This document shows positions 24,191-39,985 of a stretch of DNA of 64,000 nt, in pieces. The position numbers and the translations under genes were made by a program. A model generated the notes under the pieces. That model did no database searches. It saw only the letters and a program-made list of their open reading frames with translations, and was not told the origin of the DNA. The stretch lies in NCBI RefSeq assembly GCF_009914755.1, contig NC_060934.1. The stretch is one strand, 5' to 3'. The stretch's first letter is position 1; the number at the start of each line of letters is the position of its first letter. This stretch comes from the human T2T-CHM13v2.0 reference genome, Homo sapiens.

Positions 24191-25497
24191 ATAGATTAAG
24201 AGAATAGCAAAAAGAACATTGGAACCATGACAAAAGACCTGTCATCAAGATGGCCAAAGCAGAACCACCATCCAGAGTCTAGAACAGGGTCTGCTAGTTG
24301 TCACACACTCTGATATGCCTGCCTGACACTTATGTGAACTGGAGCACCTTGGACCACTTTGGTAACCATGTCTTAAAAAGACACCCTCAGATATTCTCAC
24401 CAGTCCCTGGACTAAAGCTCTCTTTCTGTGTCCATATGCCAAGCACCAAGTTGTCAGCACACAGATCCCTGCTTCTGTGGGTCGCCAATTTCATGAAGAG
24501 GTGGGCATGCTTCTCCACTATGACATGGGCCTGCACTGTCCCCATGGCCGTCCATCCTTTCCAATCTATCTTGCCAGGATGACTGACTCTTCTCAGGGAG
24601 ATGAAGCATCATGCTCTGAAGGGCCAAGCTCTGCTCTTCTGACATTTCCACATTGTCTAAGAGCAGCTTCAGTTGATGCCACACAATGTCCCTGCTCTCA
24701 GGGAACATTAGGTTGCATTCCTGCTACAGCAGAAGTGCCATCCACTGAGCAACATCCATAAAGGAAAATCCTTATTCATAGCCCTCATAGAAGAACATCA
24801 AGGAAAGCCGCAATCAGTCACCAACAATGCCATTCCTATTATTTCACTCAAACTTGACCTTCTCTAGCAAAAGCATGAAAAAGCCAAAGTTAGAGATTGA
24901 TGAGTTGGACTACAAGAATACTTACGCTTTTACTATCAAGTGGCAAGATGCTTTAAAATAACATCACTCATGCCATTGTTGATATCTCCTGGGAGCCCAC
25001 TTCATGAAGAACCTATGAATAAAAGATGCAAAAGCAGCCCCATCTTCCTGGGCTGTGCAGAAGCTGGCCAGTGAAGTGAGGGTGAGGTGGAGGGGGCATC
25101 ATGCAGGCAGCCTGAGCACCTTTAAACACCAGCAATCACCTGGCCCCCAAGCCAGTGGCACATCTGCTGCTGGAAGCCCACCACAGTAGCTTTGCTGTGA
25201 AAGAAAGGCTGTTTCAAAGCCGATCACCCTCATGTGAGTGAGGCATGTCCCAGACTCCCATCTGTGGGACGCAGCCACATCTCCTGGTAGCAGCATTTAG
25301 GAAGGGTGCCACCAAATGCACAACAATCAGGAGATTCTCAGGCAGATGTTGGTGGAGAGCTTGCTGTGTGGTCACCACAGCATGGAAACCTGTCTCGGAA
25401 GTCACAAAGCAGCCATGTGGGTTTGAAACTGGCACTGCGCTCCAGTTAGATTCTGGAGCTGGAACTTCCTCTCCTGCTCCTCAGACTAAGGCTGGGC

Positions 25498-25810
25498 TGT
25501 GCACTGATTGTGACTCCCCAAAATACATATGTTGAAGCCCTAACCCCCAATGCGACGGTATTTGGAGATGGGGGCTGTGGGAGTGAGAAAGGTTATATGA
25601 GTTCCTGAGAGTGCAGCCCCCATGATGAGATTAGTGTCCTATACATACGGGAAGAGAGAAGTGAGCCCTCTCCACCAGAGGAGGGCATGTGAGGAGGCAG
25701 CCCTCACCAGGAACCGGCCTGCTTGCATCTTCATCTTGAACGTTCAACCTCCAGACCTGTATGGAGCACGTGTCTATTCTTATAAGTAGCAGCCCACGCT
25801 GACTCACACA
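25498..25810 (+). mobile_element. MLT1-family (MaLR) solo LTR
   Basis: 'ccccaaaatacatatgttgaagccctaacccccaatgcgacggtatttggagatgggg...ccagacctgt...agcagcccacgctgactcacaca'. Confidence 0.85.
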
Positions 25811-27289
25811 GTCTGCTTCCACAGGACAAGAGTTCCCCTCCAAGAAACCACTGGTGTATTAAATGGCAAACAGAGGACGCATGTCATTACAGAAGGAGGA
25901 TCCAACCTCAGGGGCAGAGAAGTGAGAAGACTGGAGGAAGTCAAGTGAGAAGGAGGAGGACAGCTTTGTCCATTGCAGGGAGAAATGGGGCAGAGCCTGA
26001 GCAAAGCCTCCTGCTTCCCAAGTGGGTCACAGGGGTATCCCAAAGGGAATTTCTCTGTCCAGGTTACCAGGCTTTGACTGCTTCTCAAACTGCAGAATGT
26101 TGGGTTTTGTCTTGGTCTTGCTGTCCTCTTTACCTGGAATGTGTTACTCCCACCCACATGTCTTCTCCATTCAGACAAACCCTCCTCTTTCTCGAAGGCC
26201 CAGCCCAGAAGTGGTTTCCTGTGGACCTGGGATATCCAGGCAGGACTGGTCACTGTGTTCTCTGTGTTCATATAGCACTAATAGAAGTTACTGTGAAATA
26301 TCATTCCTCCCTAAACTGGAAGATTTTCAATTCCTGTAGGACCCAGCCTAGGACTAGAATATAGTAGGCATTTCATCAACACATGATACATTAATGCATG
26401 GATGAGTGAGTAAATGAATAATTAAATGGACACATAAATAAATGAAGCAGTGGTATGCTGTCAACATAACACATGTAACACATGGCTAGTGATGCAATCA
26501 TCTTGTTAAATAAGTACTCATCTATATTCTATATTCTATTTTAATAAACATAACGAAGCAAATTAGAAAGATGCAAAGTATCTTTAAAAATACCTCCAAC
26601 AATTAAATAGAATGACACTGTCCCTCTTTTAATCTATCAGTCTACATACAAAATCCTTCCTAACACATATAAGTCAGCTTTGTTGCAACCATAATGCAGC
26701 GTACCCAGACAGAGGCAACTTCAAAACCAAAAACTATCCCCAGGGCTGCTCTAGGTGTTAGGTGGGAAGGTTCAAAGCTTCTGAAGCCCACCCACCAAGC
26801 TGCACCACCAGCACTGAATAAACCTACACTTCCTCTGCTGATGAGGAGGGAATCCTATTTCGTGCCAAGGACAGACTTTTCCTGAGGCATTAATTACCAT
26901 CAACCCACACACTATTTCATCATTTCTCACAAATTGCCGAGTAGGGGTTGCCATGCAAAGCCTCAACATTAAAGGACAGTTGGTACTCAGATCGCTAGAA
27001 GTTATTTAGAATATTTTATGGAGGTGGATGGTGGGATGCAAAAGACACTGAAAAAAATTACGTGTACCTGTTTTCCAAATCACTTTTACAGTTGCTTCTG
27101 TCCACTCGCTGACCAATTCCACTTTGGCAAAATGCATATGAGTTTGAGCACTTCATGGCAAGTAACCTCACCCCCTCATTTTTCTCATTTTTCCTCAATT
27201 TTCCAATCTCTGTTTCTTTTTTCTCTCTGCATCTTTCTGTGGGGAAATGCTAGGTTCAATGCTTCCATTTACCTCCATTTGTCTTTTTC

Positions 27290-30560
<3,271 letters not shown>

Positions 30561-30729
30561 GATGAAATTCAACCCTAATGCCGCCATATTCCAGAGAGGA
30601 TGACTGTTACAGTTTTGGAGGGCATATATATTTTTACTCCAAGGATGTGTGGCTGAGGGTTTGTGGTCTATGCAATGGCATTTTTCTCTACTCATGGTTC
30701 TTGCTAGCAAAATTATTGACCTTTCATTT

Positions 30730-31025
30730 GGCCCAGATTGTGTTCCCCTAAAATATATAGGTTAAAACTCTGACCCCCAGCATGACTGTATGAGGTCAAA
30801 AGGGTGTGGCCCTAATCCAATTTGACGTGTTTCCTTACAAGAAGAGATTAGGATACAGGGAGGAAACAGTACCTGCAAGCTGAGAAGAGGGCTCAGGAGA
30901 AACCAGCCTTGCCAACATCTTGACCTTGGACTTCCAGCCTCCAGGACTTTGAGACAATAAATGTCTGTTGTTTAAGCTGCCCAGTCTGTGGTGTTTTGTT
31001 ATGGCAGTCCAAGGTCACTGGGGAC
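30730..31025 (+). mobile_element. MLT1-family solo LTR
   Basis: 'ttgtgttcccctaaaat...accttggacttccagcctccaggactttgagacaataaatgtctgttgtttaagctgcccagtctgtggtgttttgttatggcag'. Confidence 0.85.
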
Positions 31026-33851
31026 AGTGCATTTTGGAAACAGGGGCCCCTCTACACTATCAGAAAGTCAACATTGGCCTCGTCCTGTCTCTTCCCATCA
31101 CCATGGGTTGGCTTTGGTGTGGATATATTGCACCACGGCCACAGAAATTTGAGCTGGAGGAGACCATCTCCTGGGGAGCTGTTTAAAGAGTTGTCATGTT
31201 TGTATCTATGTGGAGAAAAGAGAGAAGGAAGAATGATTGTTTTCTGGGTAAAATCTTGACATGGCTATGTGAGTCCAGGATACTGAATTCATCTCGTGAG
31301 CAAAAGAGACCACACCCGAGAATGGGCCAAGCAACAGGAATGGCAGAGAGGAAGCACAGGAGTGCTCAAAAGTGCTCTGGGCTAATTTTAGGGCCACTGA
31401 TGTCCAAATGTCTTGTTCAGGATGATCATAAACCCCTATGGCGTAAGACACCCTGAGTCGCACTTTGCTACTTACATCTAAAGGCATGCAACCTGAAACA
31501 CAACTTTCATGTAGCCGCGATACCATGAGTCATGCATTTTGGTAACAGAACTTTCTGTGTATACCATCACGATTTTTCATGTCATCCAACATTTCTCATG
31601 AGCCTGATTTTTCACAGTCAGATAATCATTCATGCATGAGTATTCTCTATTCCTGTGTTGAGCACATGGGGCATCCCAGCTTTGCTAATATGCCCAGTCC
31701 TGTGTGACAGTCTTGGAGTATGAATCTTGGTCTTCAGATGATATAAGGCTGAATGGTATGGACCCTTTTAAAATTCCTGATCCATATGGCTGAGTCGGTA
31801 GTGTGTGAGTGCAGCCAGTTTATCTCATTATGCCATCATGGAGTATTATTTTAAAATGCTTCTAACCTGCTTGGCCATAAGCAATGTTTTTTTGTAGTTT
31901 TAATTTACATATATTGGATTCTTCTTGAGGTTGCATCATGTTTTCAAAGCTGTTGATTAGCTGGGTGTCCGTAGGTCTTCTCCTGTGAATTAGGGGATGA
32001 TGTTCCTTGCTCACTATTGCATGGTACAAGCACTTTTTCCTCATGCAAACCCTGCCTGAGAAACCTACCACACCATTTTTTCCTTGCAGACACATACTTC
32101 AAGGGCTAAATCAAACACCTTCTCCTCTGAAAAGCATTTATTCCCTCTGTGGCATCTCTAACCCCACACCTTACTATACTCCCGTAGCTCACTGTGTGTC
32201 TCTATTATACACTGCACATGATTTCAGATGATTTTTTGAGGACAAGAATTCTCCTTTGTTCTGCGTCAGTGGGCCCTCAGTCAGCGCTTCCTGGATGAAT
32301 GAATGAATGTGTGCATTTGTGCCCCTGCTCAGCGCCCACAGGCTTGCAGTAAGGGCACAAACAGAGATGCCTGGTTCTTCATCCAAGGAGGAGCTGATCA
32401 ACCTTCCTGTGCGATAAATTTGAGGCAAAATGGAGAGAACAACCTTCAGCAGGGACTGAGGCAGAGATCTGGGTAAAAAAAGAAAAAGCGTCTCTGAGCA
32501 AAGTGTGTTGTTGGAAAGCTGACACTGGCTGCTTGTCAAATGCAGCCAAAACGGATAGCCTGGGTGCCAGGACTCCATGGGCACTCACAGGCAAGGCCAC
32601 AGCAGGTACAGTCAGAGGGAAGACGATCGGCACACAGACGTGAAATCCCTCATGCCTGCAAACCACCGCTCCCCAGGCTGCCTCGCTGCTGGGCTGCCTG
32701 GCCGCGCAGACACCAGGCCTTTGAGGCAGACCAGTGTCAGCCTGGGTGCTCAACACACTGTTAGGAAGAAAGGGGTGCATACCCTCCAGGAGAATGCTGA
32801 CCCCCAAAGCTTCTTTGCAGGTTTAATAGGGGCTCACCCTCTTCTCCCCCTGCACTACCTGAAGGAACGCATGTGCTCTGTGATCATGATTCTATGGGAA
32901 TTTTCACTTGTTGACTTTTATCAATGAGAAATGTATGTTTGCTCTTTATTTTTCCTTTCTTTAGATTATGGAAAAGTAAGGATTATGTGATATTTTTCTG
33001 GACTCTGAGAAGTAGTTTTGAATGTCAGCTGTGGGAAAGGAAAATGCACATCAGATGACATGAAATGATGCAAGGTTGCACGTGAGGTCAACAGTGTATG
33101 TAAATTTTACTCATTAAGATAGAGTCATTTTTATATTTTCCCTTGGCACTGAATAGTTAAAAGAAAGCTTTTTTAAATTGTCAGCTTGTCTCATTTTTAA
33201 GAATAATTGTGATCCTGAAATAACTGGATAAAATCTTTATAAAAAATATACAGAAATGGTTTTTCTGTAGCTCAAATAATGGGATGTCTGTTTCTGTTTC
33301 AGGTTTTTGTTTAATTTAATTCCACCAATCTTGCTCTTTTTTTTGGCTCATCACTGTCCAAATGCATCATTTTGTCTTCTTAGTATTGATTATTTTAACA
33401 TCAGGCTGCAAAAGCCATGTCAAGTCACATAGCTGCATTTACGGTGAGAGCAGACAGTCTACTTCCGAAAGAAAAATTGTGGCTGCCTTCCCCCCATTCG
33501 GGACCAGGATTCATTCTTCCCTGGAAGTGTGGTTCGCCCCCAGGAAGTGCCATGCGTGTTTCCTACAGGGAAGTAGCTCCACTCCTCCGGCAGCTCTTTC
33601 CCCAGAAACACTCAAATGCTTTTACTCAAGCCGCAAAGCAGGGAAGAAGCCAGTCTCTCAGCTCCACAAGCTGAATCTATAACAGAAGGGCTTAGCAGGG
33701 AGGTTCCTCTCTCTTCCTCCAATAAGTGCAGACTACTTGAGAGCTTTTGCCGGGAACGGTTCGTGCCAGGCAGGGCAGGCAACTCCACAGGGTCCCAAGA
33801 GTCAGGCATCTCTCATCACATTTCCCGTGGCCTTGATCATCAGCCTGGCCC

Positions 33852-34190
33852 CAGAGGGAGAGGCATCGGGGCGTGCGGTTCCAGGTATCAGCTCAGAGGG
33901 AGAAGCATCGGGGCGCGCGGTTCCAGGTATCAGCTCAGAGGGAGAGGCATCGGGGCGCGCGGTTCCAGGTATCGGCTCAGAGGGAGAGGCATCGGGGCGC
34001 GCGGTTCCAGGTATCAGCTCAGAGGGAGAGGCATCGGGGCTTGCGGTTCCAGGTATCAGCTCAGAGGGAGAGGCATCGGGGCTTGCGGTTCCAGGTATCG
34101 GCTCAGAGGGAGAGGCATCGGGGCGCGCGGTTCCAGGTATCGGCTCAGAGGGAGAGGCATCGGGGCGCGCGGTTCCAGGTATCAGCTCAG
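33852..34190. repeat. CpG-rich VNTR, 42-bp unit, 8 copies
   Basis: Unit cagagggagaggcatcggggcgcgcggttccaggtatc(a/g)gct; units start at 33852, 33894 and so on. Confidence 0.97.
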
Positions 34191-34199
34191 ATAAGTGCA

Positions 34200-34700
34200 T
34201 CGGTTCTCTATGCTCGCAGGACCACTGTGGAACAAATGGCCCCCACACTCAGCGGCTGAAAACAATTAACGTTTATTTAGTTCGTGAATCCCTGGGTTGG
34301 CTAAGTGGTTCTTTTGATCTTGGCTGGAGGTTGTATGGCCGTCAGTGGGACTACAGCAGGTTGTCTGACACACCTTAGAGGACCTGCTTCATCCTCTGGC
34401 AGGTGCCTGGAGCCTGGTGCTGAGGAAGGCAGAAAACAGCCTGGGAAGCCGAGCCTCCATGTGCTTTCTGGGCTTCTGCTGGAACTACAGTTGCTGGCAC
34501 CCCATCGCCAGGGCACTTCCCTGCCTGGGTCTGGAGTCAGAGTTGACAGATGAGGGTTCCACAAGTGGGAGGGAGGGCGCGTGGGGCCATTTTGAGATCC
34601 GTCACAGCAGGTCTGCTTCTGGCCAGCCATGGCAGACTCCATTCTGAAGACCTCCTCACCCTCTCATGCATGGGCCTGGCCTGATGCAGCTGAGCTGGGG
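34200..34700. mobile_element. Possible old MLT-type LTR remnant
   Basis: 'cacactcagcggctgaaaacaattaacgtttatttagttcgtgaatc...ggttggct...ggttcttttgatcttggctgg' resembles the reverse strand of an MLT LTR. Confidence 0.4.
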
Positions 34701-34907
34701 TGAGCGAGCCACCTCTGTGTGGTCTCCATGGCACTCAGCGGCTTTTGTGACCCAAAGTCGCAGCTTCTTGCCCTCCGCATGCCTGTCATGTGGGCCAAGA
34801 AGCCCAGCCTGGCACATTGATGCCATATCTCAGTTAGCAACAGGAGGGACAGTGGGAGGGATGGACCCTGGGGAAATAGGGATGGTTTAGGAGAAGAAAT
34901 ACAGAGC

Positions 34908-35311
<404 letters not shown>

Positions 35312-36442
35312 CTAGTGGTGCGGTCTGAGACTGACCCTCTGCAGGTGGAGATGAATCCTAGGCGGGAGCCTTCTCCTCAGTCCCGGGCCACACAACTGTC
35401 CCCTGGGATGGCAAGGAGGGAGACTTGCCAGACACCAAGCTGACAGCAGCACCAGCTGGTGAAGGCCCCTTTTCCAACCGCACGTCTCCTGGAAGAAGCT
35501 CGCCAGCACGGGGCACCACCTGGGGTTTCACCTCCGTCCTCCAATCTGACTCTGCAACCCCCAGTGCTTGTCCAGGGTTCCCAGCGGGCACGGGCTCTGT
35601 CATCACGGGGGAAAAATTCCCTTTGGATTCAACAGCTGCTCACTGTTAATTCTGGTTCTTTCAATATAGGTTTTGTGAATTTGAGCAAATTATGTAAGAT
35701 CTGCCACCCTCCTCTACTCAGGTTCCAAAACGGCAGTTGTAAGTTCTGCTTTTTAGGCTCATTTTGAAAAATAGAGATTTGCATACACATTCCCTAGATG
35801 CCATGCAGGGAGTTTTACCTACATGTGACATAGAGCAAATAAAATATTAATAGCATGTTACTGTAACCTCCAAACTCACAGTGTCCTCCAGTAGCCTGGG
35901 ATGGACACGCTTCCTCAGCCTTGGTGTTTGTATTTTCTTTGGTGTTGTGTAACCACAATGCTGGTCCAGAGATGTTCCAAGCAGACACGCCGCTTACAGC
36001 GATGGGACATCCTGCACCTGGGCCTCAGCCTGGACAGCCCCTTCCCAAGTTGCCTGCCGGGCCTCAGGAGCTTCTGCAGGAATGTCACATGGGGCTCAGC
36101 CAGGCATGGGGATGGGGTGACAAAATCCCCACCCCAGACGCCTGCAAGGCTGATGTTTTCTCATGGGAAAGAGCACCTCCAGGTAGATGTCAGGGGCACT
36201 GGGCCAGCCTTCCAGACCGGGTTCTGCTGGTTTTGTTTAGACTCACCTCCTGGCACCAGGCACAGAGCTAAGCAGAAAGACGTCTGTTAACAAATATTTG
36301 CCGGACATCAAGCTTGTCTGTTCAGCACCAGCTGCTCATTAAACACCTACTGGGCATCAGAATCTAGGTCAGATTCTTAGATCTTCAAGAGTGACAAGTG
36401 GGCTTTGAAGAGCTGACAGGCAGTGAACATCCCTTCTTTTTC

Positions 36443-37695
36443 TGTCCTCCCTCCTCCCTCCTTCCTTCCTTCTCTTCTTCCTTCCTTCCCTCCTTCCTTC
36501 CTCCCTCCCTCCCTTCATTCCTTCCTTCTTCCTTCCCTCCTTCCTTCCTCCCTCCCTCCCTTCATTCCTTCCTTCTTCCTTCCCTCCTTCCTTCCTTCCT
36601 CCCTCCCTTCATTCCTTCCTTCTTCCTTCCCTCCTTCCTTCCTTCCTCCCTCCCTTCATTCCTTCCTTCTTCCTTCCCTCCTTCCTTCCTCCCTCCCTCC
36701 CTTCATTCCTTCCTTCTTCCTTCCCTCCTTCCTTCCTTCCTCCCTCCCTTCATTCCTTCCTTCTTCCTTCCCTCCTTCCTTCCTCCCTCCCTCCCTTCAT
36801 TCCTTCCTTCTTCCTTCCTTCTCTCCTTCCTTCCTTCCTCCCTCCCTTCATTCCTTCCTTCTTCCTTCTCTCCTTCCTTCCTCCCTCCCTTCATTCCTTC
36901 CTTCTTCCTTCCCTCCTTCCTTCCTTCCTCCCTCCCTTCATTCCTTCCTTCTTCCTTCCCTCCTTCCTTCCTTCCTCCCTCCCTTCATTCCTTCCTTCTT
37001 CCTTCTCTCCTTCCTTCCTCCCTCCCTCCCTTCATTCCTTCCTTCTTCCTTCCCTCCTTCCTTCCTTCCTCCCTCCCTTCATTCCTTCCTTCTTCCTTCC
37101 CTCCTTCCTTCCTTCCTCCCTCCCTTCATTCCTTCCTTCTTCCTTCCCTCCTTCCTTCCTCCCTCCCTCCCTTCATTCCTTCCTTCTTCCTTCCCTCCTT
37201 CCTTCCTCCCTCCCTCCCTTCATTCCTTCCTTCTTCCTTCCCTCCTTCCTTCCTTCCTCCCTCCCTTCATTCCTTCCTTCTTCCTTCCCTCCTTCCTTCC
37301 TTCCTCCCTCCCTTCATTCCTTCCTTCTTCCTTCCCTCCTTCCTTCCTCCCTCCCTCCCTTCATTCCTTCCTTCTTCCTTCTCTCCTTCCTTCCTTCCCT
37401 CACTCCTTCCTCCCTTTCTTCTTCCTTCTCCCCTCCCTTCCTTCCTTTCTTCCTTCCTTTCTTCCTTCCTTCCTCTTTCTCTCATTCCTTTCTTCTTCCC
37501 TTCTTTCCTTAATTTATTCCTTCCTTCCTTCCTGCCTCCCCTCCCTCTCTCCTTCCTCCCTTCCTTCTTCCTTCTTCCTTATCTCCTTCCTTCCTTCCTT
37601 CCTCCTTCTCTCATTCTTTCCTTCTTCCCTTCTATCCTTCATTTCTCCTTCTCTCCTCTTCCCTTCCTTCCTTCTTTCCTTCCTTCTTTCCTTCC
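36443..37695. repeat. ~1.25-kb polypyrimidine (CCTT/CCCT)n tract with a 47-bp higher-order repeat
   Basis: Almost pure C/T; the single A of 'ttcatt' recurs about every 47 bp from 36517 to 37363 (19 times). Confidence 0.97.
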
Positions 37696-39742
37696 TGCAA
37701 CACCTCATTTTCTCCAGCCCGGGGACCAGGCCCAAGTCAAGGAACTCACAAGAATGCAGATGACAAACCTAGCAGGCAGGTGATGGCGATACAACTGAAA
37801 ACCATTTTTTTGAATTTTGTTTTTTCTAAATGATGTTTATGATTATAAATTGCGTCTTAAGAAACACTCCACAGCCAAGTGTCATGCAATAGAAAGGTTC
37901 CTGTTGAGCTGTATTTCTGACCATGTGGCTGGCTGTAATATATAAGGCTTTGGAAATTGAACTACTGTATTGAAAAATCTGGAGTGCAGATGATGCTGGA
38001 ATGTGGGTGAATTATAGGAAAGGTGAGGATCCTAAGCCAGGCAGCACACTGCTTTTAGGTGTGACCAATCACCTTGCATCAGGGTAGAAAACCTTCATGG
38101 TAATGACAGGGCTTCCTGCAACCCTCACCCATGAGCTTCTGGGAGGCTTTTGCTGCAGGAGAGCAAAGGTGGTGGTCTTTTCATTGCCAGCACCCTGCAG
38201 AGCCAGGAGTCACTGCAGAAGGGCTTGGCAAAGCTCCCTCCTCCATCAGACTTTCTCCTACCCAGTCCTCCCACCAGCAAATCGGCTGATGGAGACCGAA
38301 GCCTCAGTGTGTGCCTGGCACAGCAGCAGCAGTGTCTCCTGAGACCTTGTCAGAAAGGCAGATGCTGGGGTCCTCCAAGACCACTGAGCCAGACACTGGA
38401 GGCTGGAGCCCTCCAGGGATTCTCACGCCCCTACAGCCTGAGAGCCCCTGCCCTCCTATTTTAAGTCATCTTTAAAGGACGCAGAGTGTGAAGTTTGCTG
38501 CAAGTCGCTGGATTCTGAGTCTGCTCTTTTAAGGGTATGTGGGTTTTTTGTTTTTTTTCACTTGATCGGTTTCCTGCAGCCTTGAGATTTCCTAATAGAA
38601 ATTGCTCCTCCAGGACCGTGGACCACCTTCCCTTAACCTCATCGTAGGAAGTCACTCAGACACTCAGACCTGGCCTATCCCACACCAGAAAATGAAGGAT
38701 GGAAACGACACAGGGATCGGCAGAGGATAGTCAACCCACTTCGTCCCCCAGGTCCCGGGGCGAGGGCAGGCACAGCGCAGTCCCCCTGTGCAATGCCACC
38801 ACGCCTCACTCCCTGGGCATCGGTGACCCTGCAAGAAAATGAACAAGCTTATTATCATTTGCAGATGTTGGTGAGGACTTTTTCATCCCTAAGGTGTGAA
38901 GACTTCACCAAAAATAAAGGATTTTTTCTGATTTCACTGAGAGAAAATCACATAATACAGGGAAGCTACAATTCAATTCTCGAAGTCCAGTGGTAAAACT
39001 CTTTGATGACAATTGTGTATATTTATGGAGTCTTACCACATGTGAGGAACTGTCTTTTGCCCCGTAAATTTAAGTCACCTGGTGCAAACCTCCAGCAGGC
39101 TGTGGAGATAGCTGCTGAGACTCCACTTATTCTAGTGATGAAGAAACTGAAGCAAAATGCTGAGTGACCCAACCACCCATCTAAGCTCCTAAAAGGGGAG
39201 CCCAGAATTAGGAAGAAGCAGCCAGACCCTGGGAGTGACACACCCCCATGGTCCCAAGTTGCCAGGGCAGAAAGGAGCAGGTGACTGCACTCAGAAACCC
39301 TCACTGTGTGCACCTGTGCAGAAGCTCACCTGCATGCTCCAGATGAGGCTGGGGAGGAGGAAAGGGACAGTCTTCACGCACTGGCTCAGTGTGACTGGGG
39401 TCATGTGTCTGTGGTCAGGGCCTGGTCATCTCCAATGAATCCCTCGATAGCGTCACGATAATGGTATGATGGTCAGGAGAGGAACCTCCATCCAGACTGG
39501 CCAGTTTGCCCCTGGTTGGATCCTTCTACGAGGGGTTCTGGCAAAGACCCAACACCTCGCAGGTGAACAGAGTTCAGGTTGACTCTTCTCAACTTGGGCT
39601 CAGTTATCACTAGCCAGACGGAAGCTCTGGGCATAGTTCTCGTGAGCTATCAGCCTTCTCTTGCCAGGGCCTGGGGAAGCCGCTATCTCCAAGAAAGCCA
39701 AGCGGCAGCTGAACGCAGAGCCCTGGGAGTGCTGACCTGCCA

Positions 39743-39985
39743 GTGTGTGCCACCTGTGTGTGTCACCTGTGTCATCTGTGTCTACCACCTGTGTGTCACC
39801 TGTGTGTATCACCTGTGTGTCACCTGTGTGTGTCACCTGTGTCATCTGTGTCTACCACTTGTGTGTCACCTGTGTGCCACCTGGGTGGGCCACCTGTGCA
39901 CCAGCTGATTGTGCCAACTGTGTGTAACCCCCATGTGCCCTCTGCATATGCATCTCCTGTGTGTCACCTGTGTGCATCACCTGCG
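39743..39985. repeat. Degenerate 11-13 bp minisatellite (CACCTGTGTGT)n
   Basis: 12 CACCTG copies embedded in TG repeats. Confidence 0.9.

Noticed and set aside
36321-36329. TTCAGCACC RE1 left half-site
   Set aside because: No GGACAG right half within a plausible spacer distance.
36398-37783. 461-aa and 446-aa P/S/F/L-rich ORFs
   Set aside because: Artefact of the C/T-only repeat, which contains essentially no stop codons.
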